Source: Bdellovibrionota bacterium
Lineage (GTDB): Bacteria > Bdellovibrionota_C > UBA2361 > JBIIDM01
Assembly: GCA_044238365.1 (NCBI GenBank)
Contig: JBIIDM010000003.1
Coordinates: 1-58,510 of the forward strand
DNA: 58,510 nucleotides
Direction: 5' to 3'
Shown: positions 1 through 8,998 of the stretch, piece by piece
How the letters are laid out: every line of letters starts with the position of its first letter
How positions within the stretch are numbered: the stretch's first letter is position 1
Made by a program: the position numbers and the translations under genes
The notes under the pieces: generated by a model
What the model was told of the DNA's origin: nothing
Database searches by the model: none
What the model saw: the letters and a program-made list of their open reading frames with translations, nothing else

Positions 1-255
1 CAAAACAATCACTTTCCTCGACCTTGAAAAAATCCCTGGCAGTTACAAATTGTTAGCTCGCTTTTGGGGCGCATTTATATTGGGGGTACCTGAGTAGTTA
101 CAAGAATTGAAACACTTGCTTCAATCCCCGCACGAAAGAATCTGAGCATTTTTCTCACAACCCTTGAACAGGTTGTTTTTTCTTCTGGTTCCTTCGAGAA
201 ACACACATTTTTAACTCCTGCATTTTCGAGCAGGGTGCGATTATCACCCGAGTAA

Positions 256-383
256 TATAGCCATCGTCAAAAATAATGCGGTTTTGAGTCGCATCTCGGC
301 GATGGCTATGTGTTTGTTTTGACTCGCCTCCGCGAGTCGTTATAGTAATCTTTAATACTTTATTATTTTTGAAGATTACTATA
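256..383 (-). mobile_element. MITE-like element, family C (copy C1, 128 bp, three internal hairpins)
   Basis: Reverse complement differs by about 1 nt from 22214-22341 and about 5 nt from 43196-43323. Ends are TATAG...CTATA with TA flanks. Internal stems: tatagtaatctt/aagattactata, gactcg/cgagtc, atagccatcg/cgatggctat. Confidence 0.8.
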
Positions 384-1907
384 AGCACAAACCTCGGTCT
401 TCTTGGCCAAGAGCCGAAAATTCCGATCAGCTTGCTTAAACAACCCACGCAACTTCCTACGGAAGGCCATGGCCTGCTGAGGTGTGCGCACAGAACGGCT
501 TCGCAAAACATTATTAGCTCGCACTGCTACTCTTCGAAGACTCTTTAACTGATTCTTCATCAAACGAACTGATGGCCTAAGTTCCTGGGTTTGACAGGAG
601 GCTGCAATCGCTTCCGAGCACTCCAGAGTTACCACCGGGTAAACGCTACTGGCGGTTAAGTATTTATTTAAACGGTTAAGTGCTGTGCGCTTTAGCTGCT
701 TACCCCACTGTAAACGCTCGTCTATTTTCTGCGTTTTTCGCGCACCCAGAGCACCTAAATTGTAGAGTTTCTCAGCTACTGCATAGGCCTGGAGTAGAGG
801 AGAGCTGTGGCTTATCTCTTGGCAACTTAGTGGATTGTAGTTTCCTACAACTAGGTCAAATGCCTTAAACTGCCCACTCACAAGCGAGAGGCTTTGGAAC
901 GGTTGACGCATCCCCGGTGCACTGATGGTGATGGTATAATCTGTATTTGCTCTGGCTTCCGTAAAGGAGAAGTTGCCATTACTATCGGTCAGCACAGCAC
1001 CGATTCCTTTGATTACAATGAGCACATTACCTAAGGGCTTGCCATTGGCGATTAGGATACCGGAAATGGTGGTTGAGGGGATTGTGGGTAGGGGAGTTGG
1101 TGTTAGCGTGGGCGCCAGGGGGGTATTGGTCGGAGTTGCGATCAATGTGATGGTAGAGGTTGCGGTTGGAGTTGGAGTGAGCGTCTCGGTTGGCGTATTG
1201 GTGGGTGTAAGCGTTGGTGTATTGGTTGGTGTGTGTGTCACGGTTGGGGTAAAAGTTGGTGTCGCGGTTATGCCTACACCTAAAAGTGACACACTCCTTC
1301 CGTCAACGGTCAGGACGCCACTTGCAGGAGTACCGTCTGTTGGTGAAAAGGAAACACCAACAGTGCAAGAGCCATTAGTTGGAACTGAGTTACACCCGGC
1401 TACTGCATCAAAGACGTCATTAGAAACCGACAAGTTAGGTTCAACTAGAGGTGAAGAACTATTATTCAGAACTTGAATGTTTTGTGTGCTTGAACTTCCT
1501 ATAACAACAAATCCAAAATCGAGGTTAAATAGGTTTAATGTTTCTTTGGCATTAAGGGATAGTATGATTGGGTCTGTTTTATACGGAGTAGTTCCATCTC
1601 CAACCTGGCTATACCCATTCCCCCCCCAAGCCCACAAAGTGTCATCACTCTTTATGCCAACTGTGTGAAATTCCCCAGCTCTTACCCTACTCCAATTTGT
1701 CGAACTTCCAATCTGCGTAGGGCTGGTTCTGTCGGTAGTAGTTCCATCTCCAAGCTGGCCAGATCCGTTATACCCCCAACCCCACAATGTGCCATCTTCA
1801 AGAATCTCAACCGTGTGATAGCCACCTGCTGCTGCCTTAGCCGGCACCGCATAAGCGTCTTTGGAAAACCCGATTACGGCAATGATGGTGCAAAGAAAAA
1901 CACACAA
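363..1907 (-). CDS. Secreted RCC1-repeat protein with Thr/Pro linker and CarboxypepD_reg-like domain
   Basis: Signal-like N-terminus (MCVFLCTIIAVIGFSKDAYA). RCC1-type repeats (GYHTV..WGWGYNGSGQLGDGTT; EFHTV..WAWGGNGYSQVGDGTT). TPTxT linker, then a beta-sandwich-like ISGILIANGKPLGNVLIVIKG..DSNGNFSF. The last 6 codons and the stop lie inside MITE C1. Confidence 0.75.
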   Translation of the reverse strand: MCVFLCTIIAVIGFSKDAYAVPAKAAAGGYHTVEILEDGTLWGWGYNGSGQLGDGTTTDRTSPTQIGSSTNWSRVRAGEFHTVGIKSDDTLWAWGGNGYSQVGDGTTPYKTDPIILSLNAKETLNLFNLDFGFVVIGSSSTQNIQVLNNSSSPLVEPNLSVSNDVFDAVAGCNSVPTNGSCTVGVSFSPTDGTPASGVLTVDGRSVSLLGVGITATPTFTPTVTHTPTNTPTLTPTNTPTETLTPTPTATSTITLIATPTNTPLAPTLTPTPLPTIPSTTISGILIANGKPLGNVLIVIKGIGAVLTDSNGNFSFTEARANTDYTITISAPGMRQPFQSLSLVSGQFKAFDLVVGNYNPLSCQEISHSSPLLQAYAVAEKLYNLGALGARKTQKIDERLQWGKQLKRTALNRLNKYLTASSVYPVVTLECSEAIAASCQTQELRPSVRLMKNQLKSLRRVAVRANNVLRSRSVRTPQQAMAFRRKLRGLFKQADRNFRLLAKKTEVCAYSNLQK

Positions 1908-2253
1908 CGAGGATACGTTTTTTTTGAAAAGACCATTCCTTTGATGACATTCGAAATCCTCACCCTGGCAGATTAAACCTTAGAATCCACATTGAGCGGG
2001 CATGGAAAGCTGTTTTAAATAATTGTCAACGCCGGGCAAAAAAGGTCGATTCTCGCCGACGAAGCCAGATGTCAATAGCCCGCCCAATAAATATTGAATT
2101 CCTAATCCCCCGCCAAGATCCCGCCTCCATTTTCTAAGATCTCGCAATTTTCGCGGGTCGAGCAAGCGTCAGAACGTGCCGAAGGAAAAGGAAAGAGTTT
2201 AGTGTCAACATCTACGACCAAGTGCTAAGTCGTCACAAGCCAGCAACTACTTG

Positions 2254-2574
2254 ATGATTATTGATAACACCCGAGAACCATTGCGACAAAAGTCATGTTT
2301 GGCGTGTTTCGGGTTATTCTACATTTGCCGTTTATGTGAGAGGGGGCAGCTGTACTGTAGTAGCCCATGTAGGGCAAAAGGAAGACAAGCGAGCAATCGT
2401 GCAAGTAACAAGAGGCATTCAGCAACCTTCAAGGGAAAACGTGCTTCAAGTAAACGACAGAACGAACTTCGCAAGCAACGAAGGAACAACCAGCATTGCA
2501 CGGTAAGCGGGCAAGATAAGGGCTCGAATGAAGGTTGCCGGTCAAAAATAGTAACGGATCATACTCTAAAATAA
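2254..2574 (+). CDS. Small basic Cys-rich (putative zinc-ribbon) protein, function unknown
   Basis: ORF with CLACF..CRLCERGQLYCSSPCR followed by a Lys/Arg-rich tail. ATG at 2254 (TTG at 2251). No family recognised. Lies next to an IS-like HTH fragment. Confidence 0.35.
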   Translation: MIIDNTREPLRQKSCLACFGLFYICRLCERGQLYCSSPCRAKGRQASNRASNKRHSATFKGKRASSKRQNELRKQRRNNQHCTVSGQDKGSNEGCRSKIVTDHTLK

Positions 2575-2703
2575 CTTAAGTTTTCCAAAGGTGTCAGCTA
2601 TAAGTCTTTTTCGCCAGAATAGGCATGCCAGGCAATTGTTCGCAGTTGCTTAAGATGCGGGTACCAAGGAAGGACTATAGAGGTAAATGAGAGGACATCA
2701 GGA

Positions 2704-2862
2704 AATGGCGATCAGCAAAAAAGAGGAGTTAGAGGTACTAACCCGCTATCACGTGGCAAAAGAATCAATAAACAAGATATCAAAGGAGTTGAATCGGTCG
2801 CGAAACGCCGTCAAGAGAATTATCTTAAAAGGAGCGGAACCAAGTGTTCCTCTCAGCGGGTG
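2704..2862 (+). pseudogene. Truncated transposase N-terminal HTH fragment (IS21 IstA-like)
   Basis: 52-codon ORF MAISKKEELEVLTRYHVAKESINKISKELNRSRNAVKRIILKGAEPSVPLSG, read manually because it is below the ORF-track cutoff. It resembles the HTH start of IS21-family IstA (..ISRNTVRKYL..). No catalytic domain follows. Confidence 0.35.
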
Positions 2863-2883
2863 ATTTTCTTTCAAAATTTTCTG

Positions 2884-3669
2884 TTATTGAAAAACTCTTT
2901 GCCTCATCTGAAATACGCTTTGATTTAGCAAAGGCAGTTTGCAGCCTGTTAAGAGGTACTCCTTCACGACGATGTCTGCTGGTACTATCTTCTCAAAAAC
3001 CGTTTCGCCAGCGTAATACTCCAGCATAGTGGTAACGTCAATATCTGTTCCCTCGTAAGAGCAATGATGCACTGAGGACAGTGCGGTATGTTCTGACTCT
3101 GTCGGCATCGGAAGAACTCCGGTAGCAAGGATCTGCGTGGGGACGGGGCGAGTGTGATGGACAAAGGCAGTGGGCCAGACTTCGTGGAGCGGTGCAAGGA
3201 CCCAAATTCGGTCAATCGCCCTGGGATGCGGGATCGTTAATTCCAAATTTTCGAATGGTTCGTTGTTATACACGATTATGTCAAGGTCAATTGGTCGTGG
3301 ACTCCATCGGGGTGCGTGTAAGTCTCGGCCCAAGAAAATTTCGATTTCCTTTAATATACTTAGAAGTTCATCAGGGTACAGGAAGGTTGAACCTGTCATC
3401 ATACAGTTAATGTATTCCGTTGGACGGAGATCCTTTGAACCCCAAGGGACACATGCTCGTGAGTGGTACCAACTTGACATCTTCGTGGGAACGCTCTTCG
3501 TAAATACCGTAGTAATGAGCTTTCTAATTGCGTATGAAAGGTTGGTGCTCCGAGGTTCTATGCTTGTTCCAAGGCCAATTGCAACAGTGGCGCATTTCTC
3601 AGCGATGTTGGTAGTTATGGAGGGCTGTGAGTGGCCACTTAATTGGTGAGTATTCTTTCTGAAGTTCAT
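2884..3669 (-). CDS. folK: 2-amino-4-hydroxy-6-hydroxymethyldihydropteridine pyrophosphokinase (HPPK) with atypical ~85-aa C-terminal extension
   Basis: HPPK signature RWSPRPIDLDIIVY...LTIPHPRAIDRIWVLAPLHEVWP. The start codon overlaps the folB stop (TAATG). 261 aa against a typical ~160 aa. Confidence 0.85.
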   Translation of the reverse strand: MNFRKNTHQLSGHSQPSITTNIAEKCATVAIGLGTSIEPRSTNLSYAIRKLITTVFTKSVPTKMSSWYHSRACVPWGSKDLRPTEYINCMMTGSTFLYPDELLSILKEIEIFLGRDLHAPRWSPRPIDLDIIVYNNEPFENLELTIPHPRAIDRIWVLAPLHEVWPTAFVHHTRPVPTQILATGVLPMPTESEHTALSSVHHCSYEGTDIDVTTMLEYYAGETVFEKIVPADIVVKEYLLTGCKLPLLNQSVFQMRQRVFQ

Positions 3670-4103
3670 TATGACCTGAACACTTTAGAAAAGAAGGCGC
3701 CATGAGCCATTTCAGGTAAAGGTAGCTTTACCTTATGGGTCAGCACGTGGCATTTTACTTTTCCCAATTGTTTGCTCCGTGCCTGTTCTAGCACGACTTC
3801 TCCAATTACTTGGGTGAGATGTTCGATCAGATGAAACTGACGCAGCCTGAGTTTTTCAACTAATATGTCACGGAGTGTATGATAACAGAATGTGCCTTCA
3901 ATATTGTCTGATTGGCACCCGGTGAGGCCCTCAAGAAATTCGATAGACATGGCAACATGGACAGGCTGGGGAAGCGAACGTTCGGTTTCAGGTACTCCCA
4001 GATGGGGATGAAGAATCAGTAATGGGATGGTAAGGGTAGGATGGTTGGAAGAAGCGCCATGCTGGAGAATATGATAGTGAAGATTCGTAGCATCTATTGT
4101 CAT
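3669..4103 (-). CDS. folB: Dihydroneopterin aldolase
   Basis: Pattern GVPETERSLPQPVHVAMSIEF...SDNIEGTFCYHTLRDILV..FHLIEHLTQVIGEVV matches the FolB fold family. Located between folE and folK. Confidence 0.7.
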   Translation of the reverse strand: MTIDATNLHYHILQHGASSNHPTLTIPLLILHPHLGVPETERSLPQPVHVAMSIEFLEGLTGCQSDNIEGTFCYHTLRDILVEKLRLRQFHLIEHLTQVIGEVVLEQARSKQLGKVKCHVLTHKVKLPLPEMAHGAFFSKVFRS

Positions 4104-4128
4104 ATCGAGTACGCTGATAATGAGTCGG

Positions 4129-4776
4129 TTATGCGTTTAACAAGAGGTCTCGCCATGCGCTTGAGTGCTGGAATGCCCCCCGCAGTGTGAGAGTAGTGGT
4201 GAAAGAGTTCTGTTGTTTAATTCCTCGGGTGCACATGCACAGGTGAGTTCCACGGAGAACAACACCAACATCGGGAGTATCGAGCCCCTCTTCAAGCGTA
4301 TCCCCGATTTGCTGTGTCAACCGTTCCTGCATCTGGAGGCGTCGCGAGAGGGCATCAACAACTCGCGGTATTTTGCTAAGCCCGACCACTCGTACATGTG
4401 GCACATAGGCCACGTGTGCCTCACCGTAGAAAGGCATCAAGTGGTGTTCGCACATGCTATGGAATGCGATTTTTGAAACAACTACTGGCTCCCGATATCC
4501 CTGGGTTTCCTCAAACGACTTGAGTAAGAAAGTTAGAGGATCGGAGGCATATCCGGAGAATAATTCCTGATAGGCGCGGACTACTCGTTTTGGCGTATCA
4601 ATTAGCCCAGGTCGTGACGGATCTTCGCCTACAAAGCGCAAAATAGTTTGCACGGCGTTCTGAGCATCTTCAACGCTGGGCTTCTGCGAACCATGGTCCC
4701 GAGTACGGGCCTCTTGGCTTCCTGTGCAGATTGAAATAGGCACTGTTGCTGAAATGGGCGCAGTTGTTGTTTTCAC
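4129..4776 (-). CDS. folE: GTP cyclohydrolase I
   Basis: Conserved SMCEHHLMPFYGEAHVAYVP..VVGLSKIPRVVDALSRRLQMQERLTQQI. Confidence 0.92.
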   Translation of the reverse strand: MKTTTAPISATVPISICTGSQEARTRDHGSQKPSVEDAQNAVQTILRFVGEDPSRPGLIDTPKRVVRAYQELFSGYASDPLTFLLKSFEETQGYREPVVVSKIAFHSMCEHHLMPFYGEAHVAYVPHVRVVGLSKIPRVVDALSRRLQMQERLTQQIGDTLEEGLDTPDVGVVLRGTHLCMCTRGIKQQNSFTTTLTLRGAFQHSSAWRDLLLNA

Positions 4777-4814
4777 CGAAAATCACCGTAAATGTTGAAC
4801 AGATAACATCTAAA

Positions 4815-4887
4815 AACCTGAGTTCGACGTAAGAACTGCGGTAAATGGTTCAGCCATTTGCCGCAGTTCTTACGTCGAACTCAGGTT
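4815..4887. mobile_element. Family A short foldback derivative (A1): 34-bp stem, 5-nt loop
   Basis: aacctgagttcgacgtaagaactgcggtaaatgg-ttcag-ccatttgccgcagttcttacgtcgaactcaggtt, with 1 mismatch in the stem. Both arms are of the 'right-end' type of family A. Confidence 0.85.
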
Positions 4888-4891
4888 GAAA

Positions 4892-5046
4892 ATATACCGG
4901 TTCCACTTAAAAGCAGTCAGAGACAATAAGGACCGGGCATTTTCTCGTCGGAGCAACGTCCTTGGGCGGCAGAAGCCCCACAAAACCAATACGGCTCACT
5001 CCAAGGATTCGAGCATTTAGACAAATTGAACTGGGATGGGTATACC
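4892..5046 (+). mobile_element. MITE-like element, family B (B1, ~155 bp)
   Basis: Ends atataccggttccacttaaaag ... ttgaactgggatgggtatacc are imperfect inverted repeats. Related copies at 32399-32538 (inverted) and 44421-44561. Confidence 0.6.
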
Positions 5047-5104
5047 AGATCCGTTTAGGACAATCCATGGTACCGACTGTTTAGAGTATTTTTCTATAGG
5101 CTCT

Positions 5105-5150
5105 TAGTTAACCTGCTGAAATTTTCAACAAAATTTCAGCAGGTTAACTA
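5105..5150. repeat. Perfect 21-bp-stem palindrome (4-nt loop)
   Basis: tagttaacctgctgaaatttt-caac-aaaatttcagcaggttaacta. No T-tract follows. Lies between B1 and A2. Confidence 0.8.
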
Positions 5151-5157
5151 CTTTCAT

Positions 5158-5334
5158 AACCTGAGTTCGACGTAAGAACAAAGGTAAATGGTTGAAATTG
5201 CCTTAGACACGAGGCGTGCAGTGATATAAAAGCGCAGGCTGAAGCTTGCTACGTCGAGCATTTTATATCATGAGCAACGAAGTGGATGAAGTAATTTCAG
5301 CCATTTACCGCAGTGCTTACGTCGAACTCAGGTT
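5158..5334 (+). mobile_element. Family A MITE, full copy A2 (177 bp)
   Basis: 22-bp TIRs aacctgagttcgacgtaagaac/gttcttacgtcgaactcaggtt with nested internal inverted repeats. Flanked by CAT/CAT. Confidence 0.9.
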
Positions 5335-5538
5335 CATAATCGGGGCATTAAGCTCGGGCGGCGTTTGTAACGACAAGAGTCAAAGGAGGCAAGCTCTTAA
5401 TTTTTTGTCAGATGACAATTTTTTAATTATTTCAGTCGCCAATTGTTCAGAGTTTTGGATTTAGGGTCGAACTCAATTTTGATGGGTTAGGGTACGTAGG
5501 TTGTTTGTGTATGGCGCGCGCGGAAAAAAGGTGGGGTG

Positions 5539-5775
5539 ATGGGTCAATTTGGTGAGCATAAAGCTGAGATTCTAGGAGTTCGTTTCGCAGAACAGGAACG
5601 GTCCAAGACTCTATCACAACGCGGAGCGAGTATGGTCGAATACGCGTTAATTGTAACGTGCATCGCCCTGCTTGCGATTCTTCCTTTAAGTCGATTGGGA
5701 GGAATCACAAGTCGCTCATTTAGGGACGTATCCATTAATTTGGCAATATTTGGAACGGGCGCAAACGGCCAGTAG
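5539..5775 (+). CDS. flp: Flp/Fap family type IVb pilin (prepilin)
   Basis: Flp motif ..RG/ASMVEYALIVTCIALLAI.. followed by a short hydrophobic segment. Size is typical. The leader is longer than usual, so the start (ATG 5539 or GTG 5536) is uncertain. Confidence 0.6.
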   Translation: MGQFGEHKAEILGVRFAEQERSKTLSQRGASMVEYALIVTCIALLAILPLSRLGGITSRSFRDVSINLAIFGTGANGQ

Positions 5776-5881
5776 TTAGCACTGGTTGCGTTCGGAAAAG
5801 CAGGGGCCCCCGAGTGTTCGAATCACCAGAACTCCCGTCGTGGCCGTTACATTTTTCAGATAGCTCGCAGGGCCAAGATAA

Positions 5882-8584
5882 TTAATTCACCCGAATAATT
5901 TCTATGGCCTGGCATATCGCATTTTTGCCTTTAAAGTTAATGTTCAGGACGCCGTCGGTAACGACCGTTGTCGGCGGTTTTACGCTCCAGTCGCCATACC
6001 AGCCGCGAAATGGCCATGTGCTCCCAAGGGAAGTCCAGGGGTCAAAGGCATTAATGCCAACGGTACCTTCCACCGTTACGCTAAAGCTTCGTTTGCCACC
6101 GACTTTGTAACCAAGTTCAGAGTACCACGCACCCACATTATATGTGCCGTTCGGTACCGGTATCGCGTAACCGAACGAATCTCCTTCTCTTTGAGTCTGA
6201 TACAAGGTGTCATCGGTTGTTCCGACCACAGGTTTTGAGTAAGTTCGGACTCTTGATGATCCTTTAATTAAATATGAAGCATTTTCACCTTGCCAGATAT
6301 TTTTCGACTTATCCACGTAATTCTCTCGCGCGCCGCACCGTAGTAGACGTCGAGTTTTGATCGGGGTTACGGTAGGTTCAATTGTTTGTGTGGCTGTTGG
6401 CGTAGGTGTGCGTGTAGGTGTGCGTGTAGGGGTGGCGGTAAAAGGAGGAGTAGTTGTAGCAGTCTTTGTAGGAGTAGCAGTTTTTGTAGGAGTATAGGTA
6501 GCCGTAAAGGTGTTCGAGGCGGCGGCCGTCGGCGTGTTGGTAGTTGTAGCTGTCGGGGTGTTCGTTCTGGTAGCTGTTGCAGTGTTTGACGAAGTAGTTG
6601 TTGGGGTATTTGTCGCGGTAGCTGTTAAAATAAAAGTGGGAGTAGCTGAGGAGGTACTTGTGGGAGTGTAGGTAGCCGTAAAGGTTTTGGACACGGTGGC
6701 TGTCGGCGTATTGGTAGTTGTAGTTGTTGCAGTGTTTGATGCAGTCGCTGAAGCCGTGGGGGTGGGGTTGGCTGTCGGAGGAGTTGAAGCGCATGCTGGA
6801 GTTGTTTTTGGTATACCTGAGCAGATACCAGGTTGGTCCATCTCCACTGACTGCAGTGCCTTTGTAACTTCAGCACAGTCAGTATCGGTTATTCCTTTAA
6901 GTCCTTGAGCAACCATGAGATTACAAGTCTCTGTGATGTGAGTATAGGCCAGGGGGAAATTTTCATCAAAAACAAAGAAGTCGTCCCAAGCCTTTAACAT
7001 AATCTGCATGGTTTTTTCTATGCCAATTCCATTTATACTGCAGCCGTTGAAGGCACCACCCTGAGACATCAGATAATTTGCTTTATTCATTACGCCCATT
7101 TTTTTGTACGAGTCCTCGGCGGCGTCGTTACATGGAAAGAGTGGGCTGTAATAACGGTCAGCTCCTGTGTTGTTTATAGTCGGATCCGCAAGAGAGCGTT
7201 TAGCACCAGTAGGGTACTCTTCGCCTTGGGCCCAATGTTCCTGGTCGGCGGTTGTTAGGTCGGCGTTATAGCTATACTCATAATAGACTGAGAGTAAATC
7301 AGAGAATGATTCATTGAGGGCTCTGGTTTCGGAGGTATTGTTATTATTGAATCCGATCTGTTGACCAGAGGCATTTCGGTTAGCCGCATAAGTTAAAAGA
7401 TGGCCCATTTCATGAGAGACGGTATCTCGGTTTGTGCTATTGTTACAAAAAGCCATGTCGGAACCTGCTGCTGCACCGTATGGGCATCTTCTACGAGTGA
7501 ATAGCACGATCTCGTTTGAGCCGTTGTCAGTATAGTAGGGTGTTGTGTCTTGAACGCGAGTAAATGCTCTATAACTGTCGAGATCTTCGCCGTTAGTCAC
7601 AATATAACCGCCGCCACCACTACCATTCATACCATTTCGATTGAAATTTGAACCGGCTAGGTTGTGTATCTCCTCGATGTATTGATATAGATTCTGCGTG
7701 TCGCGAGGGGATTCAGGGTGATAAGGATTGTCGCGTTGGTCGAGGGGATAGTTAAGATCGTCAGTTCCAAAGGTGTAGAATCCATCAATGGGAAGCCCGT
7801 ATCCTCGCAGGTCAACTCTATCATAGAAACAGTCCTGCGGACCTCGGTAGAGTCGTGCTCCACCCGCTGCCGCAAACTTCGAGAAAGAACAATCGTGAAT
7901 TATCTTTGTCGCTCCGAGCAGATCACTCACCATAAGTTCGATCTTTCCAGTATTTGCATTGACGTACAAGGTATATGAACCTTGCGCTGCCACAGTTGTC
8001 GCACTTACGACTTGCCACACCAGAGTAGTTTGAGTTATTCCAATATTTGTTATCGACGGCTCCACTATCATCAAAGTGACTCGAGGAAACGATCCGAAGA
8101 AGTTTCCGCCAGTTACTGTTGTTAAGTGATTTCGGGCTAGGGTGATTGCCTCTTCACGTGATAAATCTGGATTTGTGTTGATTGCGGTGTAGGGTGCTAT
8201 TTTCCCCGTAAGAAGAATTGGCGAATGATTCTTGTCGAAATGAACTGAGTATGTTGCACCTAAAACAATTACGCCATCACGAAGCTGTTGAAACTCAATC
8301 GCTGGTATTCCTGAGGAGGTTTTATTGATCGGAAGGGGAAGAAGTTCTTCTTGAATGTTGCGAAGATTCAAATCCTCTGAGTGATCCCGCAGAAATTTTT
8401 CCGCAAGAATAACTGGATCTTGGGATGTTGGCGGAGCAGGATCTGTAGAATCCCTGAGAGTCACTAGAAGGCCCTGAAAGTCACGAGTAATTTCGGTTTG
8501 GGCTTGGGTCGAAATTGAAACTCCAAGAACTAGGCAGATGGTAATAAAGATCGCGATGGTCGCGGGCGAGTAATAATGTCTCAT
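5882..8584 (-). CDS. Secreted M4 (thermolysin-like) zinc metalloprotease with Thr/Pro linker and C-terminal malectin-like carbohydrate-binding domain
   Basis: Signal peptide. Propeptide-like N-terminal region. HEXXH (VSHEMGHLL) plus downstream NESFSD Glu ligand. ~150-aa T/P/S/A linker. C-terminal [27 protein letters not shown]. Confidence 0.8.
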   Translation of the reverse strand: MRHYYSPATIAIFITICLVLGVSISTQAQTEITRDFQGLLVTLRDSTDPAPPTSQDPVILAEKFLRDHSEDLNLRNIQEELLPLPINKTSSGIPAIEFQQLRDGVIVLGATYSVHFDKNHSPILLTGKIAPYTAINTNPDLSREEAITLARNHLTTVTGGNFFGSFPRVTLMIVEPSITNIGITQTTLVWQVVSATTVAAQGSYTLYVNANTGKIELMVSDLLGATKIIHDCSFSKFAAAGGARLYRGPQDCFYDRVDLRGYGLPIDGFYTFGTDDLNYPLDQRDNPYHPESPRDTQNLYQYIEEIHNLAGSNFNRNGMNGSGGGGYIVTNGEDLDSYRAFTRVQDTTPYYTDNGSNEIVLFTRRRCPYGAAAGSDMAFCNNSTNRDTVSHEMGHLLTYAANRNASGQQIGFNNNNTSETRALNESFSDLLSVYYEYSYNADLTTADQEHWAQGEEYPTGAKRSLADPTINNTGADRYYSPLFPCNDAAEDSYKKMGVMNKANYLMSQGGAFNGCSINGIGIEKTMQIMLKAWDDFFVFDENFPLAYTHITETCNLMVAQGLKGITDTDCAEVTKALQSVEMDQPGICSGIPKTTPACASTPPTANPTPTASATASNTATTTTTNTPTATVSKTFTATYTPTSTSSATPTFILTATATNTPTTTSSNTATATRTNTPTATTTNTPTAAASNTFTATYTPTKTATPTKTATTTPPFTATPTRTPTRTPTPTATQTIEPTVTPIKTRRLLRCGARENYVDKSKNIWQGENASYLIKGSSRVRTYSKPVVGTTDDTLYQTQREGDSFGYAIPVPNGTYNVGAWYSELGYKVGGKRSFSVTVEGTVGINAFDPWTSLGSTWPFRGWYGDWSVKPPTTVVTDGVLNINFKGKNAICQAIEIIRVN

Positions 8585-8998
8585 CTGTTTTCCAAGATAA
8601 CAAACTATAAGGTTTGGTTACGTCCCCCTGTGCAGGCTTTGAAGGGCATCCTCTTTTTAGGAGATAGTCAACGTAACAGAACTGGGACAAGTTAGAATCT
8701 AGAACGCAACTCGTCGCCCTATTAGATATACTACAATTTGTTTTATTTGTAGCATAAAGTGATTAGATTCTCACATAGTGATTTTCTTTTTTCCGATTTT
8801 GTTCCCGGTCGTAGGGTGGGCACCGTAGTCCCCCACATGGTTTTTAGGAATCACATTACCTACGAAACGACTAACAATAAAGGTATGGAGTCTCCAGGCT
8901 CTTGCAGAAAAAGAAGAGTTGCCGGCCTCCATGGTTCTAAAATACATGCAGTACGAGCTAACTTTTGAGCAGAAAAGCAGAGGTTTTTTTAAAGTAGG

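Noticed and set aside
157-182. Weak terminator-like hairpin (acaacc..ggttgt + T6) near the window start
   Set aside because: The stem is only 6 bp, and no upstream plus-strand gene is visible within the window to terminate.
155-511. 118-aa minus-strand ORF at the window start
   Set aside because: It spans MITE C1 and overlaps the 3' end of the RCC1-protein gene in another frame. The translation is not protein-like.
973-1476. 167-aa ORF (VGVGVSV..) antisense to the RCC1 protein gene. Similar ORFs lie at 6378-6876 within the protease linker.
   Set aside because: They are generated by the repetitive ACN/CCN Thr/Pro linker coding sequence read in other frames or strands.
5246-5464. ORFs of 70-72 aa starting inside family A elements (also 10164-10376), with a conserved MSNEVDEVIS.. 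peptide
   Set aside because: The reading frame runs out of the repeat into unrelated flanks and ends differently in each copy. The ATG is mutated in copy A10 (atcattcgc). The conservation reflects the DNA repeat, not a protein.
5790-5840. tRNA-like T-loop string (gttcgaatc)
   Set aside because: No acceptor stem, D arm or anticodon arm can be drawn around it.
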